NCBI GenBank assembly: GCA_032654565.1
Contig: JAULAX010000018.1
Location: forward strand, 96,001 to 160,000
Direction of reading: 5' to 3'
Source of the DNA: Anaeromyxobacteraceae bacterium
Lineage (GTDB): Bacteria > Myxococcota > Myxococcia > Myxococcales > Anaeromyxobacteraceae
DNA: 64,000 nt
Part shown: positions 57,066-64,000 of the stretch, in pieces
Numbering within the stretch: position 1 is the stretch's first letter
Layout of the letters: each line of letters starts with the position of its first letter
Position numbers and translations under genes: made by a program
The notes under the pieces: generated by a model
What the model was told of the DNA's origin: nothing
Database searches by the model: none
Seen by the model: only the letters and a program-made list of their open reading frames with translations

Positions 57066-57100
57066 GCGGGGGGCGGGCCGTGCGGTCAAGCCCGCGCTCT
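57066..57100 (+). repeat. 35-bp direct repeat, right copy
   Basis: Identical to 55699-55733. Confidence 0.95.
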
Positions 57101-57114
57101 GCTACAAGGGCCTC

Positions 57115-59253
57115 GTGAGCGCCCCCGACTTCGCCTCTCTCGCAGCACATCCGGCCCTCCAGCGCGCGCTCGCGGCCCACGGCTACGCCGAGCCGACCCC
57201 GGTGCAGGCCGGCGTGCTCGACCCGGCGCTGCGCGGCAAGGACCTGCTGGTCTCCTCGCGGACCGGCTCCGGGAAGACGGTCGCCTTCGGCCTGGTCATG
57301 GCCGAGACCCTGCTGGGCGATGCCCCCACCTTCGGCCGCGGCGGCCCGCCGCTCGGGCTGGTGATCGCCCCGACTCGCGAGCTGGCCGTGCAGGTGCAGC
57401 GTGAGCTGGCCTGGCTCTTCGGCCCGGCCGGCGGCGTGGTCACCGCCTGCGTCGGCGGGCTCGACCCGCGGCGCGAGGCCCAGGCGCTTCGGGCCGGCGT
57501 CCACCTGGTGGTCGGCACCCCGGGGCGGCTCGTCGACCACATCGAGCGCAAGGTGCTCGACCTCTCGGCGCTCGGCGCGCTGGTGCTCGACGAGGCCGAC
57601 GAGATGCTCGACATGGGCTTCCGCGAGGAGCTCGAGGCCATCCTGAAGGCGGCGCCGAAGCAGCGCCGCACCATCCTCTTCTCGGCGACGCTGCCGAAGC
57701 CGATCGTCGAGCTGGCCAGGGCCTACACCCGCGAGCCGGTGCGGGTCACCGCCACGCCGCCCAAGCAGGCCCACGAGGACATCACCTACCGGGCCCACGT
57801 GGTGGCCCAGCGCGAGCGCGAGCACGCCATCGTCAACGTGCTGCGGGCGCTCGAGCCGGCCAGCGCCCTGGTCTTCCGGGCCCGGCGCGACCTGGTCACC
57901 CACACCGCCGCCTCGCTGAGCGAGCGCGGCTTCGAGACCGTGGCCATCTCCGGCGAGCTGACCCAGTCGGAGCGGCTGCGGGCCCTGAAGTCGCTGCGCG
58001 ACGGCCGGGCCCGGGTGCTGGTGGCCACCGACGTGGCGGCGCGCGGCCTCGACCTGCCGGGCATCGAGCTGGTGCTCCACGCCGACCTGCCGCAGGACGC
58101 CTCGGCGCTGCAGCACCGCAGCGGCCGCACCGGGCGGGCCGGCAAGAAGGGCCAGGCGGTCCTGCTGGCCTCCCCGCAGGAGCGCCACAAGCTCGACCGG
58201 ATGCTGCGCGAGGCCGGGGTGACCCCGGAGTGGGCGCCGGTGCCGACCGCCGACCTGATCCGCCAGCAGGACGAGGCCCGCCTGGCCGCCGAGGTCTCGG
58301 GCGCCACCGCCGAGGCCCCCGAGGACGAGCTGGTCGCGGCCCGGGCGCTGCTGGCGGGGCGCGACCCGCTGGCGCTGGCCCTGGCGCTGCTGCGCCGGGC
58401 CCGGGCGTCGCTGCCGGCGCCCGAGGAGCTCCCCGAGACCGGCCGGGTGGCCAGCGAGGCGCCGCGCGGGCCACGTCCGGCGAGACCGGGTCCGCCGGTC
58501 GAGGCCACCTGGTTCCGCATCTCCATCGGGCGGGAGAAGAAGGCCGACCCGAAGTGGCTGCTGCCGCTCCTCTGCCGGCGCGGCGGCGTCACCCGCGACG
58601 AGATCGGGAAGATCGTCATCCTCGCCTCGGAGACCCGCTTCGAGGTGGCCACGGTGGCCGCCGCCCGCTTCGCCGCCGCGGCGCGGGTCCCGGATCCGCG
58701 CGCGCCGGGCATCCGCATCGAGCCGGCCCGTCCGCCCGGCGAGGTGCTGGCCACCCGTCCGCCCACCCCGCCCCGGCCGGTCGAGGTTCGGCCGGCCGGG
58801 CCGAATCCGGTCGAGCAGGAGAGCGCCGAGCCGGTGAAGGCCGCGCCGCGACCGTCCGCGCCACGGCCGTCCGGCTCGCGTCCGGCCGAGGATCGTCCGG
58901 CCGCGCCACGACCGTACGCGCCACGGCCGTCCGGCTCACGTCCGGCCGAGGATCGTCCGGCTGCGCCACGACCGTACGCGCCACGGCCGTCCGGCTCGCG
59001 TCCGGCCGAGGATCGTCCGGCCGCGCCGCGTCCGTACGCGCCACGGCCGTCCACCTCGCGTCCGGCCGAGCGACGCTCTGCGCCGTTCAGGCCGGCCCCT
59101 GACCAGTCCGGGTCGTTCAAGCCGGGGTCGCCGAAGTCCGGCGCCTCCAGGCCGGGCGGCTTCAAGCCCGGTCCGGCCAGGCCCGGGTCGCACAAGCCGC
59201 GCAGCGTCAGCGGCGAAGGGCACGCAGTGAAGCGCGGCCCGCGCGACGGCTAG
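57115..59253 (+). CDS. DEAD-box RNA helicase with a DbpA-type RNA-binding domain and repetitive tail
   Basis: TGSGKT, PTRELA, DEAD, SAT, ARGLD, HRSGRTGRAG. Confidence 0.95.
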   Translation: MSAPDFASLAAHPALQRALAAHGYAEPTPVQAGVLDPALRGKDLLVSSRTGSGKTVAFGLVMAETLLGDAPTFGRGGPPLGLVIAPTRELAVQVQRELAWLFGPAGGVVTACVGGLDPRREAQALRAGVHLVVGTPGRLVDHIERKVLDLSALGALVLDEADEMLDMGFREELEAILKAAPKQRRTILFSATLPKPIVELARAYTREPVRVTATPPKQAHEDITYRAHVVAQREREHAIVNVLRALEPASALVFRARRDLVTHTAASLSERGFETVAISGELTQSERLRALKSLRDGRARVLVATDVAARGLDLPGIELVLHADLPQDASALQHRSGRTGRAGKKGQAVLLASPQERHKLDRMLREAGVTPEWAPVPTADLIRQQDEARLAAEVSGATAEAPEDELVAARALLAGRDPLALALALLRRARASLPAPEELPETGRVASEAPRGPRPARPGPPVEATWFRISIGREKKADPKWLLPLLCRRGGVTRDEIGKIVILASETRFEVATVAAARFAAAARVPDPRAPGIRIEPARPPGEVLATRPPTPPRPVEVRPAGPNPVEQESAEPVKAAPRPSAPRPSGSRPAEDRPAAPRPYAPRPSGSRPAEDRPAAPRPYAPRPSGSRPAEDRPAAPRPYAPRPSTSRPAERRSAPFRPAPDQSGSFKPGSPKSGASRPGGFKPGPARPGSHKPRSVSGEGHAVKRGPRDG
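58841..59070 (+). repeat. In-frame 60-bp tandem repeat (~3.8 copies)
   Basis: Encodes AAPRP(Y/S)APRPSGSRPAEDRP units. Confidence 0.9.
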
Positions 59254-59265
59254 CAGAGCCGGCGG

Positions 59266-59880
59266 CTACGGCCGCCGCTTCCCGCCCTCGGCCTCGACCG
59301 CCGCCGCCAGCACCTCGTAGGGCTGGCAGCCGACCACCCGCCGCCCCCCTGCCAGCACCGTGGGGATGCCGGTGACCCCCATGCGCCGGGCCTCGGCCCC
59401 CATGGTCATGACCCGGGCCAGGTACTTCGGCTCGTCGAAGGCCTCCACCGCGGCCACCGGGTCGAGCCCCGCCGACCGCGCGCAGAGGGCCAGCACCTCG
59501 GGGTCCTCGACGTTCTGGCCGTGGCGCCAGGCCGCCTCCATGGCGGCGGCGCGGAACGGGTGGAGCCGCCCCTGGTCCCGGGCGTACTCGGCCACCGCCA
59601 GCACCCGGCGCGTGCTCGGCATCACCTCGCTGAAGGTCATGCCGGTGACGCCGAAGTCGGCGGCGAAGCGGGTCAGGTAGTCGTGCATGGCGCGGCTCCG
59701 CTCCTCACCGAAGACCTCGGCCAGCCGCCGCCCCCCGGGCGGCGTCCCCGGGTGGAGCTCGAAGCCCCGCCAGTCCAGCTCGATGTCGTACTCCTCCTGC
59801 AGCCTGAGCAGGGTGCTGGCCTCGGCGATGAAGCAGAAGGGGCAGACGATGTCGGAGTAGAGGGTGACCTTCAGCGACAT
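59266..59880 (-). CDS. DsbA/FrnE-family oxidoreductase
   Basis: YSDIVCPFC, FELHP, GVTGIPT, GCQP. Confidence 0.9.
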   Translation of the reverse strand: MSLKVTLYSDIVCPFCFIAEASTLLRLQEEYDIELDWRGFELHPGTPPGGRRLAEVFGEERSRAMHDYLTRFAADFGVTGMTFSEVMPSTRRVLAVAEYARDQGRLHPFRAAAMEAAWRHGQNVEDPEVLALCARSAGLDPVAAVEAFDEPKYLARVMTMGAEARRMGVTGIPTVLAGGRRVVGCQPYEVLAAAVEAEGGKRRP

Positions 59881-59931
59881 GGACCCTGATGTAACGGCCC
59901 GCTGACACCGCCGCCACCCGTCGGGCCGCCG

Positions 59932-59972
59932 CCCGTCACGCCGCGCCCCGTCACGCCGCGCCCCGTCACGCC
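59932..59972. repeat. 15-bp tandem repeat (~2.7 copies)
   Basis: CCCGTCACGCCGCGC units, intergenic. Confidence 0.8.
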
Positions 59973-59980
59973 ACCGGCCT

Positions 59981-60580
59981 TCAGGTCAGCAGCCCCAGCC
60001 GCGCCGCCTCCTCCGGGGTGTCGGCGTCGAGGAAGGCCCGCCCCTCCGGGTCGACCGCCCCCCACGCCTCGGCCTCGACCACCCGGGCCCCCACCGCCTC
60101 CGCCAGCCGCCGCAGCGAGCGCTCCCCGCCCGCCATGGCCCGCTCCACCGCCGGCAGCGACTCCCGCGCCCAGAGGGCGTGGAGCGGCTGGAGGTGGCCG
60201 TCCCAGCGCGGCACCACCGCCACCGCCCCGGCGCGGCGGCCGGCCAGGAGCCCGATCCCGGCGACGGAGAGGAAGGGCATGTCGCAGCCGGCGGTGAAGA
60301 CCCAGGGCGTCGCCGCCCCCTTCAGGGCGGCCTGCAGCCCGGCGGCGGGGCCGAGGCCGGCCTGCTCGTCGGCGACGCGGCGCACCGTGGTGCCGGCGTA
60401 CGCCTGCGGGTCGCCGACCACCAGCAGCGACTCGCCGAAGAGCCCGGCGAAGAGCTCCAGCGTCCGGTCCAGCAGCGGCCGCCCGTGGAGCCGCAGCAGC
60501 CCCTTCGGCGCCCCGCCCATCCGCGAGGAGCGCCCCCCGGCCAGGAGCGCGCCGGTGATGTCGGGGTAGGGGACGGCCAC
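59981..60580 (-). CDS. mobA: Molybdenum cofactor guanylyltransferase
   Basis: LAGGRSSRMG..K, GPAAG, CDMPF, QPLHA. Confidence 0.9.
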   Translation of the reverse strand: MAVPYPDITGALLAGGRSSRMGGAPKGLLRLHGRPLLDRTLELFAGLFGESLLVVGDPQAYAGTTVRRVADEQAGLGPAAGLQAALKGAATPWVFTAGCDMPFLSVAGIGLLAGRRAGAVAVVPRWDGHLQPLHALWARESLPAVERAMAGGERSLRRLAEAVGARVVEAEAWGAVDPEGRAFLDADTPEEAARLGLLT

Positions 60581-60644
60581 CGCCGGAGCCTAGCACCGCG
60601 GAGCGTGGACCCGGTTCGTCGATTCGTGTATGTCACGCGGTCCG

Positions 60645-61010
60645 ATGACCGATGAGCAGCGGCTCGAGGCCTTCCGCAGGTTCGTGCAGGCCCGCCCCGA
60701 CGACCCCTTCACCCGCTACGCGCTGGCCATGCACCTCCGGTCCATGGGCCGGCTCGACGAGGCCGTGCTGGCCTTCGCCGAGCTGACGGCGCGAGCGCCG
60801 GACTACATCCCCACCTGGCTGATGCTGGGGCAGACGCTCGAGGCGGCCGGGCGGCTCGGCGAGGCGGCCACCGCCTACCAGGACGGCATGGCGGCGGCGA
60901 CGCGACGGCAGGACCTCCACGCCCGCGGCGAGCTGGAGGCGGCCCTCGAGTCCCTCCGCTCGCGCCAGGACCAGCCGCCGCCGCCGACGACGACGACGAG
61001 GACGCCATGA
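60645..61010 (+). CDS. Small TPR protein
   Basis: PDDPFTRYALAM, PDYIPTWLMLGQ TPR pattern. Confidence 0.8.
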   Translation: MTDEQRLEAFRRFVQARPDDPFTRYALAMHLRSMGRLDEAVLAFAELTARAPDYIPTWLMLGQTLEAAGRLGEAATAYQDGMAAATRRQDLHARGELEAALESLRSRQDQPPPPTTTTRTP

Positions 61011-61831
61011 GCGAGGCCTGGACCCCGACCTACCCGCACCAGCCGCTCGGCGGCCTCTTGAAGGGGAAGCGCGCCCTGATCGCCGGCGTGGCCAACGACC
61101 GCTCCATCGCCTGGGCCATCGCCGAGGCCTTCCACGCCGAGGGGGCGGAGCTGGCCTTCACCTACCCCGGCGAGGCCATGGGGAAGCGGGTCATCCCCCT
61201 GGTGCAGGCGCTCCACCCGGCCGCCATCCTCGACTGCGACGTCGGCAAGGACGAGGAGATCGCCCGGACCTTCGCCGCGCTGAAGCAGCGGTGGGACAGC
61301 TTCGACATCCTGGTCCACTCCATCGCCTACACCCCGCGCGAGGCGCTGGAGGGGCGCTTCACCGAGGTGACCACCCGCGAGGCCTTCCGCATCAGCCTCG
61401 ACGTCTCGGCCTACTCGCTCATCGCCCTGACCCGCGCCGCCCGGCCCTTCATGCCGAAGGGCGGCAGCGTGGTCTGCCTGAGCTACTACGGCTCGGAGAA
61501 GGTGGTGCCCAACTACAACGTGGCCGGCGTGGCCAAGGCGGCGCTGGAGGCCTCCACCCGCTACCTGGCCGAGGACCTCGGGCCGGAGGGGATCCGCGTC
61601 AACGCCATCAGCGCCGGGCCGCTCAAGACCCTGGCCGCCGCCGGCATCAAGGGGATGCGGACCATGCTCAGCGAGAACGCCGAGAAGACGCCGCTGCGGC
61701 GCAACATCGGCCACGAGGACGTGGCCCGCGCCGCCCTCTACCTCTGCTCCGAGCTCGGAAAGAACGTCACCGGCGAGGTGCTCCACGTCGACGCCGGCCA
61801 GAACATCCTCGGCGTGGTGTCGATGCGGTAG
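61007..61831 (+). CDS. fabI: Enoyl-ACP reductase
   Basis: GVANDRSIAW, SAYS, PNYNVAGVAKAALE, NAISAGP. Confidence 0.95.
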   Translation: MSEAWTPTYPHQPLGGLLKGKRALIAGVANDRSIAWAIAEAFHAEGAELAFTYPGEAMGKRVIPLVQALHPAAILDCDVGKDEEIARTFAALKQRWDSFDILVHSIAYTPREALEGRFTEVTTREAFRISLDVSAYSLIALTRAARPFMPKGGSVVCLSYYGSEKVVPNYNVAGVAKAALEASTRYLAEDLGPEGIRVNAISAGPLKTLAAAGIKGMRTMLSENAEKTPLRRNIGHEDVARAALYLCSELGKNVTGEVLHVDAGQNILGVVSMR

Positions 61832-61880
61832 GGGCTGGCCGGGCTCGCCTCGTCGCGGCACGGCATGGCACGCCACGCCA

Positions 61881-61940
61881 CGGAGGCGCCAGCCGGTCCT
61901 CGGAGGCGCCAGCCGGTCCTCGGAGGCGCCAGCCGGTCCT
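61881..61940. repeat. Perfect 20-bp tandem repeat x3
   Basis: CGGAGGCGCCAGCCGGTCCT x3 between convergent genes. Confidence 0.92.
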
Positions 61941-62595
61941 AGACGAACCGCCCCGGCCTGGCCCCGGCCCCCACGAACGGGTTGTGGCGCCGCTCCTCGC
62001 CGATGGTCCCGCCCGGCCCGTGGCCGGGCAGGAACTTCACCGCGTCACCCAGCGTGAAGAGCTTGCCGGTGATGGAGCGGGCCAGCTGCTCGAAGTCGCC
62101 GCCCGGCAGGTCGGTCCGGCCCACCGACCCCTGGAAGAGCGTGTCGCCGGTGAAGACCACGCCGGCCTCCTCGAACCAGAGGCTCACCGAGCCCGGGCAG
62201 TGGCCCGGGGTGTGGAGCACGGTGGCCGACTGCCGCCCCACCGTCACCACCTCGCCGTCGGCCAGCGTGGCGTCGGGGGTGAGCGGCCGGGCCTCCTCCA
62301 GGCCGAACATGGCCGCCTGCCGCGGCAGCATGGCCAGCCAGGGCACGTCGCCTTCGTGGATGGAGACCGGCGCGCCGGTGGCCTCGCGGGCCTCGGCGGC
62401 CCCGGCGGCGTGATCGACGTGGCCGTGGGTGAGCAGGATCCGCTTCACCGCGAACCCCTCGGGCTGGCGCAGCGCCAGCACCCGCGGCAGCTCGGCGCCC
62501 GGGTCGATGAGCACCGCGTCGCCGGTCTCGGAGCAGGCCGCCAGCCAGGCGTTCATGGCGAACGGCCCGACCACGACGCCGCGGACGATCAGCAT
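61939..62595 (-). CDS. MBL-fold metallo-hydrolase (glyoxalase II-like)
   Basis: THGHVDH, HTPGH, GDTLF, PGHG. Confidence 0.92.
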   Translation of the reverse strand: MLIVRGVVVGPFAMNAWLAACSETGDAVLIDPGAELPRVLALRQPEGFAVKRILLTHGHVDHAAGAAEAREATGAPVSIHEGDVPWLAMLPRQAAMFGLEEARPLTPDATLADGEVVTVGRQSATVLHTPGHCPGSVSLWFEEAGVVFTGDTLFQGSVGRTDLPGGDFEQLARSITGKLFTLGDAVKFLPGHGPGGTIGEERRHNPFVGAGARPGRFV

Positions 62596-62736
62596 GGCCA
62601 GCCCCCTTCGGAGACGGAACGGGCCGGAGGGTCTCCCCACCGGCCCGACGAATGGAGCGCGGCAGCCGCCGCCTCCGCGCAGCTCACCATCCTCGCCAAC
62701 CCCCGCCGCAGCCGGCCGGAGATGAGGAGGCGGGCG

Positions 62737-63114
62737 CTACGCCTGGAACGAGGAGCCGCAGCCGCAGGTGCTCTTGGCGTTCGGGTTGTTGAACTTGAAC
62801 CCGGCGCCCTGCAGCCCGACCACGTAGTCCACCGTCACGCCCTGCAGGTACATGGAGCTCATGGCGTCGACGTAGAGCTTGAGCCCGGCCTGCTCCAGCG
62901 TCACGTCGCCGTCCTTGGGCGCGTTCTCGAAGTCCATCGAGTACTGGAAGCCCGAGCAGCCCCCGCCCATGACGCCGATGCGGATGCCGTACCCGGCCAG
63001 CCCCTCGCGCTGCATCGCGTCCTTCACCATCTCCACCGCCTTGTCGGTGAGGGAGACGAAGTTGTCCATCCCGAGATCGGTCGCCAGCGGAGCTGCCACG
63101 GTCGTCGCTTCCAT
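62737..63114 (-). CDS. erpA: A-type Fe-S carrier (HesB/IscA/ErpA)
   Basis: GGGCSGFQY, FKFNNPNAKSTCGCGSSF. Confidence 0.88.
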   Translation of the reverse strand: MEATTVAAPLATDLGMDNFVSLTDKAVEMVKDAMQREGLAGYGIRIGVMGGGCSGFQYSMDFENAPKDGDVTLEQAGLKLYVDAMSSMYLQGVTVDYVVGLQGAGFKFNNPNAKSTCGCGSSFQA

Positions 63115-63326
63115 GTCTGTTTCCCGTTTCCTTCCGGGGCGCGGCCCCGGAGTTGAATGGACGGAGCAAGTCTAACAGGGGGCCCGTGGCGCTTCAACGG
63201 AACCGGCGGGAGCCCCCGGGGCGGGGGCGCCCGGGGTCAACGTTCGCTTCGGGGCGCCACCTTCGGGGCCGCGGTCGCAGGCGGTCGCAGGCGGGCGCTC
63301 ACCGGCCGAGCCCCACGGGTCCGCGC

Positions 63327-64000
63327 TCAGCCGCCGCCGCGCCCGCTGAGCCGGCGGCCGCCGTCCACCGGCAGCACCGCGCCGGTGACGTACGGGGCCT
63401 CGGCCAGGTAGCGGACCGCCTCGGCCACGTCCAGCGGGGTGCCGGCCCGCAAGAGCGGGATGCGGGCGGCCAGGCGGCGGCGCCGGGCGGCGGGGTAGCC
63501 CGCTGGCCAGAGCACGGTCCCCGGGGCCACGGCGTTGACCCGCACCCGCGGCGCCAGCTCCAGCGCCAGGCACTCGGTGAGCCGGACCAGCGCCGCCTTC
63601 CCGGCGCAGTAGGCGGCGTAGCCGCGCCAGGCCACCAGCCCGCCCCCCACGTCGGCGACGTTGACCACGCTGCCCCGCGACCTCCGCAGCAGCGGCAGCA
63701 GGGCCCGGGTGAGCAAGAGCGGCGCCCGGGCGTTGAGGTCGAGCTGGGCGTCGAAGGCGGCGGCGTCGGTCCGCTCCAGCGGCCGGGGCTCGAAGCCGGC
63801 GGCCGAGTTGACCAGCAGGTCGAGGCGGGTGAAGCGCTCGCCGAAGGCGGCCGCCAGCGCCGCCGGGCCGTCGGCGGTGGCCAGGTCACCCTGCAGGGCC
63901 GCCGCGAAGCCGCGCGGCCGGTGCGAGCGGTAGTGGGCGACCACGGTGTAGCCGTGGCGCGCCAGGTGGCGGCCGATGGCCAGGCCGAGGCGGACGCCGG
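63327..64000 (-). CDS. SDR oxidoreductase, pteridine-reductase-like (5'-truncated by the window)
   Basis: GVRLG.AI, LVNSA, YCAGK, RVNAVAPG, VDGGR. Confidence 0.85.
   Translation of the reverse strand, partial: GVRLGLAIGRHLARHGYTVVAHYRSHRPRGFAAALQGDLATADGPAALAAAFGERFTRLDLLVNSAAGFEPRPLERTDAAAFDAQLDLNARAPLLLTRALLPLLRRSRGSVVNVADVGGGLVAWRGYAAYCAGKAALVRLTECLALELAPRVRVNAVAPGTVLWPAGYPAARRRRLAARIPLLRAGTPLDVAEAVRYLAEAPYVTGAVLPVDGGRRLSGRGGG

Noticed and set aside
61881..61940. CRISPR array
   Set aside because: The repeats are contiguous with no spacers, and no cas genes are visible in the window.

Overview
Very GC-rich myxobacterial chromosome segment, Anaeromyxobacter-like as judged from the bactofilin/PadC-like locus, the MYXO-CTERM protein and the gene order. 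Core genes include uppS-cdsA-dxr-rseP-tsaB, asd, nadB, pgsA, a liv-type ABC transporter, a DEAD-box helicase, fabI and erpA/iscA. A ~15.2 kb integrative element sits in the 3' half of tRNA-Gly(GCC), bounded by 60-bp direct repeats at 26213-26272 and 41352-41411. It carries a tyrosine integrase whose ORF runs through the att site, an excisionase-like HTH, a Rep_trans rolling-circle initiator with a candidate origin hairpin, and an XRE regulator. Its lower-GC cargo is an EEP nuclease plus a coupled small gene and a DUF4062 protein. Three IS elements (IS21, IS66, a degenerate IS3) have inserted into it. Just outside the element lie a higBA pair, a BNR/VPS10 hydrolase and a DUF3494 ice-binding lipoprotein. 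A second, unusual mobile unit is a RAYT-like Y1 (HUH) transposase gene flanked by perfect 35-bp direct repeats that duplicate the divergent promoter region between an MFS gene and the helicase. It also has inverted GTAG-hairpin ends and a sigma54-like promoter. All calls come from reading the sequence and motifs by eye; no database searches were run.
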